A stretch of DNA of 64,000 nt from contig JAHDYR010000040.1 in the NCBI GenBank assembly GCA_019828565.1, positions 268-64,267 on the forward strand, given 5' to 3'. Source of the stretch: Carpediemonas membranifera BICM (lineage: Eukaryota; Protista; Fornicata). Every line of letters starts with the position of its first letter. Within the stretch, counting starts at the first letter, position 1. Both the position numbers and the translations under genes were made by a program. The notes under the pieces are model-generated. The model made no database searches and had not been told where the DNA came from. It saw only the letters and a list, made by a program, of their open reading frames with translations. Positions 43,537 to 54,004 of this stretch are shown in pieces.

Positions 43537-43669
43537 GAGTCTTTACGTGTCTACATAAAGATATGCTGCAGTAGTTTGACTGTTCCCGACTAAAGGGTGG
43601 AGACAGGGCAAATCACTTCACTGACCCGGCCGAATCAGCACTCAACCCACACCAAAAGATGGACGAGAT

Positions 43670-44461
43670 TTACTTGTTCTCACTCCGCCATAATACGTAC
43701 TGGTCCAGCAGCACCGGCCAGCTCCCCTTCGGGTCATGTGTGCTATAGTCGCCGTTGGGGTAGGTGAGGATGAAATCCCAGAGGAGTGAGAAGGTGTCGA
43801 GCTTCACTGTCCGCACCTTCCTTTGGGTCCGCAAGAAGTCGATCCAGTCCTCCAGCTCGTTCCAACGGCCAGTGAAGAAGATCCGCCACAGGGAGGCGCA
43901 GTCCTTCTTCTTGAGAGAAGCGAGGTTCCTGGTCTTGTCCAGGTTGTACTTGTATGCGAACTCGTAAAGATCCTTGTGATCCTTATCAATCGCAAAGTGC
44001 GCAAGGCGGCCCTTAAGGTGCTCCTCGAGCTCGCCCACGGTGTGGACATTCGCCTTGGCCATACCCCGGATGAATTCATCGCGGGTAAACACAAACTGCG
44101 TCTCGCATTCGCCAAGCCAAGCAAAGATAAGAATTTCAGTGCAGTTCTCGTCCAAGTGCAGGTCCTCAGCCAGCTGGAGCGTCCCGGACTCGGTTATGAT
44201 CTCCGTGTCATCTACAGTCTTGCAATACTGCGCGAAAATGGCCTCCGCTTGTGTTGTATCGTATGCAAGAGTAGGTTCTTTTGCGGGTTTAGGCTCTGGC
44301 TGCGCCACTTGGTTCTGGAAATAGAGGTTTGCAAGGCTATTCAGGTCTGTATACTCGCCGCGGTGCTCGTTGGCGAAATTATATGCTGTCTGGTAGTTGG
44401 TGCCACCAATAGCTTCCATAAACATGTTCACAAACTTCTTTGTGAGCCTCACACCTGCCAT
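43670..44461 (-). CDS. DCN1: DCN1-like neddylation E3 (UBA-like + PONY domain)
   Basis: LIFAW..FTRDEFIRG, DLYEFAY, DTFSLLWDF, DPKGSWPVLLDQYV. Confidence 0.9.
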   Translation of the reverse strand: MAGVRLTKKFVNMFMEAIGGTNYQTAYNFANEHRGEYTDLNSLANLYFQNQVAQPEPKPAKEPTLAYDTTQAEAIFAQYCKTVDDTEIITESGTLQLAEDLHLDENCTEILIFAWLGECETQFVFTRDEFIRGMAKANVHTVGELEEHLKGRLAHFAIDKDHKDLYEFAYKYNLDKTRNLASLKKKDCASLWRIFFTGRWNELEDWIDFLRTQRKVRTVKLDTFSLLWDFILTYPNGDYSTHDPKGSWPVLLDQYVLWRSENK

Positions 44462-44809
44462 CACTATGCAGTGTGAGATAAACTGCACCATTGTGAAACC
44501 CTACAGCACAAGCCTTTACTGCACTAGTAGACCCACACAGATGTAACCAAGTGGTTGAAGCTAGAAACGACGTTGTCCTCACTCTTCAGGCGGGTGGACG
44601 GGTGTTCAAAACAGGAAGAGCTTCGTGTCTGATCCAGACCCGTAGTCGACGACACAACCCCGGTAGCTATTGATGCTACCAACTGGGACGCGGACGTCGA
44701 CAAGCAGTCCCAGCCCCAGTACTCGGTGCACACTCAGCCCATGCCGGCCGACCCACACACGGCCAGCCCTCCCCTCCCTTCATGGTGCCGATAAAGTAAT
44801 ACAACTGCA

Positions 44810-45085
44810 TGCAAGCTTCGACTCTTCGTCGACATCGTCAAGCTCGGATGAAGAGGAGACCCGCGCTGAACGTAACAGCCGCCTGCGGGACGCATGGATG
44901 GGCCTGTGTGAGTCTGCCGTGTGCCCCGTGACCAGGGAGGGTCATGAGCGGCTGCTTACGGGCAGGATGCTGAGTGCGTCGCCCACCGACGTCGCAGCGC
45001 ATCTCAGGCGCTTCCGGGAGGCCCACCGCATCTGCGGAGATGCGTCGTGGCATGTCGCCTGCAGATTTATAAATCCAAATGGATC
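44810..45085 (+). mobile_element. Gag-like fragment
   Basis: DVAAHLRRFREAHRICG..VACRFI resembles a retrotransposon capsid motif. Confidence 0.4.
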
Positions 45086-45088
45086 CCC

Positions 45089-46348
45089 TCAATCCACGGT
45101 CCGCCACCGGACCTCGTCGAACTCCTCCTCAAACCCGCGGGTACCGTAGTATACCAGCTCATCCCTGACCATCGCCTCGGCAGTAGCAGGCGAGTCCTCG
45201 CCCTCGGCGTTCTTGATGGGAGCGAACTCGTGCTCTCTAGCCACCATGATCACCCCGATCCGGTCAGCAAAAGTCAAGGAGTCAAAGATAAATTGCTCCA
45301 GCTTGTAGCCATTGGGGGTGGGTGGGTTGACAGTCTGCCCGGTCGCCTCGTCATAGTAGGGGATGGTCTTCTTGGCAACATGCCAGGGCAGCTGGTGAAG
45401 GGCGACCTTTTTGATGAACTCTACGGTGAACATGTGGTTCGCGATGTTACCGCATGAGAAGAGCAGCTTACCATCTTCATCAGTGGCCCCGCGGAGGTCC
45501 TGCGGCAGCTCGGAGTACTCGGCGACAACCGTGCCACCGCCGTTGTGGCAGATGACGCCAATCTTCTCCTCGGGGCCCCGCTTGGGAATAGCCTTCAGCG
45601 CCGCGTCGTATCCGTGAGTTACGAACTGGCCAACGAGTTCTGGGTCGCATATACGTGTGAGTGGGTTATCAACGGTAAATACGTGGATGTACCTCACCCC
45701 GCGCCGCTCAATGTCAAGCCAGGCTGTCGATGTACCAGGGCCGTTGGGTCCGTTGAACAGAGCGGAGTAGAGCCCGCCGTTGCCGTCAGCTGCGGTGACG
45801 AGGCTGTCGGGACCAGACTTGAGCGGCTGATAGTCGAGATCGAAGCATGGCACCTCGCCCTGAGTGAAGAAGACTACCTGTGCGGGGTCGAGTCCGAAGA
45901 ACGGTGAGCCCGTCCCGCCCGCCCCGGTCTCGAAGAACCGTCTCGTCTCGGCCTCGTTGTCCCTGCTGCACATGACATAGTAGGGGATCACACCGCGTGC
46001 CTTGCGCTGTAGAGCAAGGATGCGCATGGCCTGGATCTGGAATATGGAGGGTGTGGTGTGCGCGACGCCGATGGTGAAGGTGCCCTTTGGCTTATTGCAG
46101 CCCAGCCGGGTCCCCATGCCACCGGCCATCACAACTGCGGCCACATGGCCTTCTTTGATCTCCTCGAGGCCAATTGTGTACCGTTTGCTGGCTACGGTCG
46201 AATAATTCACAGTGAGGACGTCGTCGGAGGGGAAAGGGTGGTATTCAGCCATCTTCCCGGAAGCAATACGATCGTTTTGTTGCTTGTGGATCAGCCTGAC
46301 ATCAAGCTCGGCAATTGAGCCTCCTTGCTTCTTTGCGAGCTCGTCCAT
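45089..46348 (-). CDS. UAP1: UDP-N-acetylglucosamine pyrophosphorylase
   Basis: MAGGMGTRLG..PKG, DGNGGLY, VDNPL, EYSE, HVAKKTIP, NGYKLEQFIFD, EFAPIKN. Confidence 0.94.
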   Translation of the reverse strand: MDELAKKQGGSIAELDVRLIHKQQNDRIASGKMAEYHPFPSDDVLTVNYSTVASKRYTIGLEEIKEGHVAAVVMAGGMGTRLGCNKPKGTFTIGVAHTTPSIFQIQAMRILALQRKARGVIPYYVMCSRDNEAETRRFFETGAGGTGSPFFGLDPAQVVFFTQGEVPCFDLDYQPLKSGPDSLVTAADGNGGLYSALFNGPNGPGTSTAWLDIERRGVRYIHVFTVDNPLTRICDPELVGQFVTHGYDAALKAIPKRGPEEKIGVICHNGGGTVVAEYSELPQDLRGATDEDGKLLFSCGNIANHMFTVEFIKKVALHQLPWHVAKKTIPYYDEATGQTVNPPTPNGYKLEQFIFDSLTFADRIGVIMVAREHEFAPIKNAEGEDSPATAEAMVRDELVYYGTRGFEEEFDEVRWRTVD

Positions 46349-46835
46349 TTCGGCTTTGTATAATATTCGTACTCGCGCATCAGTCTTAATCTGCCGGAAG
46401 ATACCAGACCTGAATAGACGCCCCGCCGGACATGGGAGGCGTAGCTGATCGTAGTTATCCCTACATATGCCGATGGCGTTCATCCATTCCCAAACCGTGC
46501 CCGCCACCCTCATGCGGGAACCACTCCTCCAGGGTTAGTTGCATGGACGGAGAAATCCACTTTCCATACGGGTACAACGCGTCCCCTGTGACAAGCAAGG
46601 TGTCTTCTGGCGTGCTTTCTGCGCCTCATCTTTGGCCTGGCTCAATACGATGGGAGGGGTGGATGCCGCGCTGATCGCGAGACACAGAGGCTGCTAGCAG
46701 ATAGACTTCGGCAACCGCCGCTCTAAAGGCATGGTTTGTCGCAGGGTGACAGAGTCATTGGGCTTCTGACAATTCGAACGTGGTGCAACGTTCCAGATGT
46801 TGGGAACGGTGACTTCAGGTGATTTACAGAGTGCA

Positions 46836-47035
46836 TTAGATGCCGCAGCTGTGTAATTCAAAGTAAAAGTTGCATACCCGCCACCACCGCAGCTGTGTTA
46901 GAGACTTTGTTATGCGTGGGCGCCAAAACGCTCCGCGAAGACTTACCTGCCGCCGCCAAAGTTGACTTCAGTCTCGTTAATCACCTCGAACTGAGGCTCT
47001 TTTGTTGCATTCCAGAAACCAAGGCTAAAACCCAT
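46836..47035 (-). CDS. Three-exon 38-aa micropeptide MGFSLGFWNATKEPQFEVINETEVNFGGGSCGGGGCGI
   Basis: Exons 47035-46947, 46892-46878, 46848-46836; introns GTAAGT..CTAACACAG (54 nt) and GTATGC..TTACACAG (29 nt); TGTAAA 3' signal at 46823-46828. Confidence 0.7.
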
Positions 47036-47298
47036 TGTTGTTTGTGTGGCAGAAAAATCTCGCTTGATCTTGCTTGAATAAAAGGGACGTGTGAAAAATC
47101 TCCACGCATCTTGATATCCTTTGACCGCCCATGACCCACGTCTTCATGAACGAGTGACGCCGGAAAGAAAATTGGGCCGACCAAGAACGTCAACATGCCC
47201 CTGGCCAGGCCTGCTTGTTGTATTGCCCAAGATAGTCGGGCAAGATCCCCCGGTCCAGCCAACGCAATCGTATTGCTCCACACAACACTGCATGGTCC

Positions 47299-47769
47299 TC
47301 ACCTGCCGTCCAGCAGATGAACCAGGGCCAGGAGCACCAGACGCTTGTCCCTCCGGACATCGCCATACTTGAGCTGCTCCAGGAGGGTCGGGGGGCGAGA
47401 AGGTTCGCTGAATGTCTGCCTTGGAACTGCCTTGTGAGACGTGCTGGCCTCTACTTCCAGTTTCTCCTCGGCCTCGGCTTCTGCCTCCGTCTTGGCGTCC
47501 TCTTGTCTGGTGATCTTCTCAGCGACGCGTGCTCGCGTTGGATAGCGGGCCTTGCGCTCCGCAATATACTTCCGCAGGTCCTCGTCAGTTTCAATGATCG
47601 GAATGCGGTAACCTGCTGTCGAGGGGACGCCTTTTTGCTTCTTCTGAATGGGTCTGGATGAAGCAGTCTTCTTAGTGGTCGGTTTGGCCGCTAATGGTGT
47701 TGCTGAACTCATAGATTCCCCCTTATGCTCAGTAGAACGCGCATTGACGAGATTGGTTAAAAAGTCCAT
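47299..47769 (-). CDS. NUFIP1/Rsa1-like snoRNP assembly factor
   Basis: ETDEDLRKYIAERKARYPT, PTLLEQL, RRDKRLVLLALVHL; start may be 47712. Confidence 0.75.
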   Translation of the reverse strand: MDFLTNLVNARSTEHKGESMSSATPLAAKPTTKKTASSRPIQKKQKGVPSTAGYRIPIIETDEDLRKYIAERKARYPTRARVAEKITRQEDAKTEAEAEAEEKLEVEASTSHKAVPRQTFSEPSRPPTLLEQLKYGDVRRDKRLVLLALVHLLDGR

Positions 47770-47859
47770 GTGATAAACTGCACCGAAGATGGGTACGGAG
47801 ACGCCGACGTCGCTGAACACCGGACCAAGAAGTGTGAACTGCTATCCGATACAGCTTCC

Positions 47860-48200
47860 CTGGCAATCAAGGTCAAGGACCATACGCCTTCCTCACACGA
47901 TACTTCTCATCGAATCGCGGCTCTCACCAGGCAAGGCTGACGACACCCTGTCCTACATGCGGCTCGGTCTACACACTCAGATCCAGGAGAGTCTCGGCCA
48001 CCTCCGGTCAATCCCCTAGGTCGCGATCAGTCCGTCCAGGACAACAACCATCGCTTCCTATCAGCCTATGTGGCGCACTTTGCCCGCATGGTCAACCTGG
48101 CACTCCTAGAGATCGACAAGGACGATATCAACGTCCAGCGTGACCTGAAGCAGGCGCTGATTACCATACCCTGAACTTCCCGAACGCCAGTCCAGGTCCC
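47860..48200 (+). mobile_element. Gag-like scraps
   Basis: LSYMRLGLHTQIQ and LSAYVAHFARMV; approximate bounds. Confidence 0.35.
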
Positions 48201-48262
48201 TGATCGCTCCAGGCATCAGCACAGTCTCAGAAGACTGACAGGCAAGGTACATTTCATGGGGT

Positions 48263-48711
48263 TTACTGGTAGGCGTTGGCCATAGGGGCGTAGTTGGCCG
48301 GCTGGTACTCGTTCTTCGCGGCAGCGTTCTTGTACGTAACGATGCCCCAGTAAAGGCCTGTATAAAGGATAAACCGAAGAACAAACCGAATATGACATTG
48401 CAGACGAGGACAATGAGCCACGTGGCGAGGGCGGCGAGGTAAAGCACCTGGCCGACAAAGGGGATCCAGGCGACGACGATGAAAGCCATGAACCAGGGGA
48501 TACAGAGCATCATCTGGACGATGCCGAGGACGATGATATCAGAGTCACTGCCGGAGATGCCGCCAATGAGAGTCCCGAGGCCAGCGATGGGGACAACATT
48601 GAGAATGATGCAGATAAGAGCAATAGAGGGATCGATGTCGGCCTATGTAATGGATACGACGGGTATGAAGGCTGTTCGATGCACAGAGTATCGGAAACTG
48701 GTCTCCTCCAT
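48263..48711 (-). CDS. Stum/SPEC3-like small membrane protein; introns 48643-48684 and 48358-48386
   Basis: Spliced MEETSFRYS|ADIDPSIALICIILNVVPIAGLGTLI..GIVQ..VIFG|LYWG..YQ*. Confidence 0.7.
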
Positions 48712-48956
48712 GTTAGGATGCGTTTCGACGCGAGCAACAGGGAATCCCGGTGTGGCGAGATCTTCCGATTGAACAGTGCGCAATATCCCTTCGCTACCCT
48801 AAACAAACAGTAGCCTGGTCCTTAACGGCAGAGATAAAGGACATTCTGAAGGCGCTCACAATTGCGACTCAGACCCGACTCCAATCTGGAGATCTGGCAA
48901 TCTATCGAGATACGCGATGAAGCAAGGCCGTCCAGACACATCCCACCATCTCGTCT

Positions 48957-49688
48957 TTACTCTTCGTTCGGCTCTGCGGTATTGCTTTTCGCGATGACGC
49001 TCTTCATCACAGTCCCGATCTGCTCGAGCAAATCCTCCCCATCGCGGAGCAAGGACGTGTACAGCTTCGACCTATCGTCCCTCGCCTTGGTCCCAATGAC
49101 CCCCGCGACTATGTCGATCCGACTCTCGAGGTGGCCGAGAGCAATGTACCCTGCCAGCGTCCTCTCGAGCACAGCAGGGTCCACGCCGAATGTAGACGCC
49201 ATACGATCGATAGAGACATTCTGGTATGCGACCAGGAACTGCTTGAACGCCTTGACACGGCATGTGTGGAGGTAGTGGGCGGCATGGGGTGCCAGACGCT
49301 CGTCCGTCCGCATCCAGAGCGAGAAGTACTCAAGAAGCTCCACAAAGCGCGCATAGTTGCACTCATACAACGAGGACATGAATTCGCCGATGAGGGGCTC
49401 CGACTCGGACGTGACGGCGATGACCTCGGGGGACTGGATGAGCTTCTCCTTCAGCTCGGCGCGGTCGAGGGTATACACACCGCACAGGCATGTGTACTTG
49501 ATCATTTGTTCGAAGGACATGACGTCTGTGGCATTAAACGTCTCTAGAAGTGAGATTAGAAGGGTTGCTGCTTTCTTGAAGTCACGGCGCTTCATGCAGT
49601 CCAATGCTTCAATCGCCTTCTGTCTGTTCTTCTTCTCGAAATCGGTAGTTTCGTTCTCTACGTTGTCAATGGTTTCTTCAGCCGGCAT
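48957..49688 (-). CDS. RPN7: 26S proteasome lid subunit Rpn7-like (C-terminal/PCI part only)
   Basis: DFEKKNR..RDFKKAA..TFNATDVM, LDRAELKEKLI.SPEV, SLYECNY, PCI domain. Confidence 0.8.
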   Translation of the reverse strand: MPAEETIDNVENETTDFEKKNRQKAIEALDCMKRRDFKKAATLLISLLETFNATDVMSFEQMIKYTCLCGVYTLDRAELKEKLIQSPEVIAVTSESEPLIGEFMSSLYECNYARFVELLEYFSLWMRTDERLAPHAAHYLHTCRVKAFKQFLVAYQNVSIDRMASTFGVDPAVLERTLAGYIALGHLESRIDIVAGVIGTKARDDRSKLYTSLLRDGEDLLEQIGTVMKSVIAKSNTAEPNEE

Positions 49689-50049
49689 ATGTGTTTGAGT
49701 CGATTGATGACAACGCCGCAGAATAAGGCCCAACTCTCCTGTGCACCAGGACGAAGCTCTATTTGCCGTGGAAGGCGCCGAAGAGTGGCCTGGGACTAAG
49801 GAAGAACTCTATGAGATGGAGGCCAAGAAGCCAGAAACAACTCACGAGATGCCATATAGACGGCCTGGACAGTCCACTTCCCCTCAATGCCGTGTGACTT
49901 CAGCTTGGATCGTGACGCGATTACTCAAGTCTTGAACAACTCCACCCGGCGAGCCGACCTCGCCACCTGAATTCTCCGGCAAGAGGCCACACGCGAGACC
50001 GACTCAAGTGCAGTTCAACCGGGAGATAACATGTAATCTAGACATTTAC

Positions 50050-51450
50050 TTAGACACGAGGTCTAGTGGTGGCCATCTGCATGGCATCGAGAGGCATGCA
50101 GGCACGCAGCAGCTTGTTGCCATAGAGACCCTCGTCCAACAGGTACAACCACATGAAAGCAGCGGTGCTCATGCGGTACTTGTTCGCAGCAGCAAAGTCG
50201 GCGGGCAGACTGTCGACGTACCGAACAACCTGCTCCATGTGGGGCCCGAGGCTGGCTGCGATGTTGAGGCGACACTGTGCATGCCTATCGGGGCCGAACT
50301 TGACTATGCGACGAACCAGACGAATGGTGGGCGAGCACTTGGCCAGGGCAGGATCGTGTGGGGCGAGCCGCTCGGACCAGAGCAGGTTGGCCCTGATTGC
50401 CACTTCGAAGATGGTCATTGTACCGTCCATGAAGCTGTCATGGCAAGACTCGTAAATCTCAGTCGCGAAGTCAAAAACGGTGGTGTTAATCGACTCAACC
50501 AAGTCTGGCGGGGCGGCGAAATTCATGCTGTCGCAGAATGTCCGGCGGAACATGTGTGTCGAGGACACGGCAAATCTATTGATGCGATCGGTCCGGGTTA
50601 GCATCATGCAAACCCGGTTGACATGGTCGACCAGGGGCCAGTCGGACCCGGTAAAGAGCTCGGCGAGGGTCGGCACGTGGTCGCTCGTCCAACCGGGGTC
50701 ACCCTCAATGAGCGGCAGTGCGGGGGTGTTGATTCGGAACAGACCGCAGGGGGCAAACTTGGCGTGGATCATGCGGTAGATCTCGGCAATTGTCATCCTT
50801 GGGTCAATGGGAGATGGGGCTACGTTGGCAGCCATGGGTGGGACAAGGGCAGACGCAGGGCCAGTGTTCTCAGTCTGGGGGCCGGGCTGAGCACCATCGC
50901 CGCTTCCAGAGGCCAGGGCTGGCAGTGTGATGCCAGTGTGTTGGCTCAAACCCACTTCGGTGACATCGGACGATGTAATTGGCTGCTCGTTGGAAACAGG
51001 AAGATGGGGTCGATCACCTTCTGTGACAGGCCCGTTCCCGAGGGCGTTACCACCAGGCAATGCCGCGGCCGTTGTCTGCTCGACCAACTCTGCAACAGAG
51101 CTTGACAAAGCTTCGCTAGGAGGTGCGAAAACGGCATTATTGCCGACTAGGATGGGATCTTGGCCCAATAAATTGGATGAGTGCGCTAACTCGCCAGTGG
51201 AATTTGTGGATCGCACGGGATCCGTGGAAGAAGAGTGGTTGACGCCATAGCACAATGTAAGAGGTTGGTAGCTCGTCTTATCAGTCAAATCACTGCATGG
51301 TACGGTCTCTTCGTGCCTAGCTTGCATCGGTTTGTCTTTGCGGAGCCAACAAAATTTTGCACTTGGGCGCGAGATCATCACAGGCGCCATGCGAGTCCAA
51401 TCCCCGTTTTGGTAAAAAGTCGTTGCATATGCCCGAGGCACTGTGTACAT
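50050..51450 (-). CDS. Hypothetical protein, low-complexity N-half, possible JmjN-like motif
   Basis: Long ORF, start uncertain; DPRMTIAEIYRMI..APCGLFRINTP. Confidence 0.6.
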   Translation of the reverse strand: MYTVPRAYATTFYQNGDWTRMAPVMISRPSAKFCWLRKDKPMQARHEETVPCSDLTDKTSYQPLTLCYGVNHSSSTDPVRSTNSTGELAHSSNLLGQDPILVGNNAVFAPPSEALSSSVAELVEQTTAAALPGGNALGNGPVTEGDRPHLPVSNEQPITSSDVTEVGLSQHTGITLPALASGSGDGAQPGPQTENTGPASALVPPMAANVAPSPIDPRMTIAEIYRMIHAKFAPCGLFRINTPALPLIEGDPGWTSDHVPTLAELFTGSDWPLVDHVNRVCMMLTRTDRINRFAVSSTHMFRRTFCDSMNFAAPPDLVESINTTVFDFATEIYESCHDSFMDGTMTIFEVAIRANLLWSERLAPHDPALAKCSPTIRLVRRIVKFGPDRHAQCRLNIAASLGPHMEQVVRYVDSLPADFAAANKYRMSTAAFMWLYLLDEGLYGNKLLRACMPLDAMQMATTRPRV

Positions 51451-51847
51451 ACTAGGTGGGAGGCCTGTGAAAAAACGGAACGCGGCCGAGCAAACAGTGA
51501 TCTGGTTCAATAGATCGAGTCATTAAAGCAGAGGCCGTACATGTTCATCTTGCGAGTGGCAAGAGTGCTGAACTAAGTGTTTTTGGCGAACAATCAGTCT
51601 CTACAAGAGTTTTTCCTCGATCTCATTGGTCAAAAAAGAGTCGCGATTCTGTCCATATCGCATGACGTTGTCACCCTTGCCGGCGTGACTGATCGTCGTC
51701 AAATTCAGTCTGGGCGTGGGACGAAAGGGCGGACGGGCTCTCGCCGATGTGGCGCAGCTCAACCAGGCGGTATGCCCTCAGAGCGGGCTGTCGGGGCGAT
51801 GTACATTGACGTCTGTCTGGTTGACCTTTATGTTGAATAATATGGTG

Positions 51848-53296
51848 TCACAAATGCTTGGCCACTGCCGCCGCCCGCTCCCTCTCCTGCAGCTCTACCC
51901 GTTCCCTCAGCCTCTCCACGCTGTTGGCCGGCCTCTGCCCGGGTAGTGTCGCGGTCAGCCCGGCCCACAACCCCGCCGCCACCCCAACCACCAGGGCAAT
52001 GGGGCTGAAGGTGATGACCACGGAGTAGGGCACGGTATGCCGGCAGAAGTAGGACAGCGAGAGCCCCGCCGTGTCCCGAGTGACAGGCCCGAAGGTAAGG
52101 AACAGCAGATGGATGAGGCCGAAGTCGGCCACAAGCAGCAACGTTGCCAGGCCTATGATATACGTCGCCGGGGTCGACCTGCTTCCGACTCCGAGGTAGC
52201 CAAGGACGCGCAGGCCCGGGATGACGTAACTCAACACCAGAACGATGAAGGCCAGCGCCACGCACTCTCTGACTGGTGTGATCATAGCCCGGTACACCAG
52301 CAGGTGCTGCATGGACACGTCGGTCAGAACGAGGGTTAGGAAGAGAGGGATGGTCGCAACCAGGACGAGACGGGTCGAGGCGACGAGCACCTGGAAGTAC
52401 GCCCCAAGTACGTTATACAGCTTGTGCCGGGACGCTATGACATGGAAGATGTCGGCCTCGATGTCGTTGACTGCTTGGTCGAACCGCTGCCGGGTCCTGT
52501 TATGCCTCACCCGGCCCCGTACAGTCAAGCCCTCCTCACGCTCAACGACGAGCTGCTGATAAACCTTGGTCAGATGCTCCCCGCGCTCCTTGATGGACTT
52601 CATAGAGAGACGGAACACAGCCTCTGAGATTGCCTTGGGTCGACTCCGCCACAGTCGCCACGAGACGGCAGGGCCCCTGCCCAGACCGTATCCAGCCAGG
52701 AGGTAGAGCACAATAACGCCTATCGTGGTGAGCAGCACAAAGGCGCCAGTGGGAATCGACGGGGGAATGGCCATTACGGCATCGTCGAAGGTCAACTCAA
52801 CAATGGTTGTGATGGGGTTGGCATTGTCATCAACGTAGCCCGATGTCTGTACTGGCACTGGCACGATTGCATACGACAGGAACATCGTGAGCGCCACGAT
52901 CCCGGCGACGACAACGCCTGCCAGCGTCAGCACGGCGAGTACTAGGAGCAGCTTGGTCCGAACCCTCCGCTTAATCCCGTACGAGTCATACGAGATCAGA
53001 CTCAGGGGAAGCACAAGCAGGGCTGACACGCCCGTGGCGAGCGTGACGGAGTAGTACAGGACCGAGCCGATAGTGATGGAGAGTGGGAGGAATTCGGCAA
53101 CGAGGAAGTCGATGATGACCAGAAATGGGGTGAATATAGCTAGTGCGAGTACCGTTGCTGCGCCTAGTATGTGGAGCGGCGCGGCGTCGTGTGTTTTCAG
53201 CCGCTTAATGATAAGTATGCTGAGAAAGAAGGAGAACGTAGCCCAACAAAGGCTGATTATGGATATAGCAACACCAGCGACGGCCTGTTGCCACAT
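51848..53296 (-). CDS. LMBR1-like multi-pass membrane protein
   Basis: 5+4 TM layout, VLPLSLISYDS, LAGYGL..GP, cytosolic coiled segment. Confidence 0.7.
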   Translation of the reverse strand: MWQQAVAGVAISIISLCWATFSFFLSILIIKRLKTHDAAPLHILGAATVLALAIFTPFLVIIDFLVAEFLPLSITIGSVLYYSVTLATGVSALLVLPLSLISYDSYGIKRRVRTKLLLVLAVLTLAGVVVAGIVALTMFLSYAIVPVPVQTSGYVDDNANPITTIVELTFDDAVMAIPPSIPTGAFVLLTTIGVIVLYLLAGYGLGRGPAVSWRLWRSRPKAISEAVFRLSMKSIKERGEHLTKVYQQLVVEREEGLTVRGRVRHNRTRQRFDQAVNDIEADIFHVIASRHKLYNVLGAYFQVLVASTRLVLVATIPLFLTLVLTDVSMQHLLVYRAMITPVRECVALAFIVLVLSYVIPGLRVLGYLGVGSRSTPATYIIGLATLLLVADFGLIHLLFLTFGPVTRDTAGLSLSYFCRHTVPYSVVITFSPIALVVGVAAGLWAGLTATLPGQRPANSVERLRERVELQERERAAAVAKHL

Positions 53297-53374
53297 TTCC
53301 AGCTAAATGGTCCAACAAGTCTTGTTATCCAAGCCACATGTCACGTCCTAAGCCTGCCAGTTTAAAAATCTAAC

Positions 53375-54004
53375 CTAGTTGCCTAGCCGCCCCTTCACCG
53401 TGTCACTAACCACCCGCTGGATCCCGCCCGCCCGCCCTGGCCGGGTGAGCGTGTTTTGATTGACGAGCCCGAGGCCCTCCGCGCCCTTGGCTGCACGTAG
53501 CAAGCAATTCAGCACCTGGGCAATCTCTTCGGCCATACTGTGCCCGTCCTCAACCTCTGTAGGCACCAGGTAGAGCTTGGCGCGGTCTCCATGGGGCTTG
53601 TCCTCGGCCATGACGACCTTGACGCCGTAGTGGTCCCTCTCGCGGTGGAAGCTGCCGTAGTGGACATACGCAACGTCCTCGAATGGGAAGCGCTTGCTAC
53701 GCTTCACAGCTCCTCCTGCAGTCTTAATATGATACAGGGCGGCGTCTGTGAAGATGGCGACACGGTCGGACACCTTATTGTACTGGTTGATGCACTGCAG
53801 CACGTATCCCTTAATATACAGCTCATTATCCTCCTGTTGTGTCGCTATTTCTTCCTTGCACTTCTCAATAACCTCAATATCCTCGGCAGATGGCGTGCAT
53901 CCTGCGGTGGCAGAACCAAGCATATCAGCGAGCTTAACAACGTCACCAGCAAGTACGCATTCATTAAATTCCCTCTTTGTCGTTGAATAACGTACGCTGT
54001 GCAT
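53375..54004 (-). CDS. hSac2/TPRG1-like PH-fold protein
   Basis: YVLQCINQYNKVSDRVAIFTD..RFPFEDV..VHYGSF. Confidence 0.55.
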   Translation of the reverse strand: MHSVRYSTTKREFNECVLAGDVVKLADMLGSATAGCTPSAEDIEVIEKCKEEIATQQEDNELYIKGYVLQCINQYNKVSDRVAIFTDAALYHIKTAGGAVKRSKRFPFEDVAYVHYGSFHRERDHYGVKVVMAEDKPHGDRAKLYLVPTEVEDGHSMAEEIAQVLNCLLRAAKGAEGLGLVNQNTLTRPGRAGGIQRVVSDTVKGRLGN

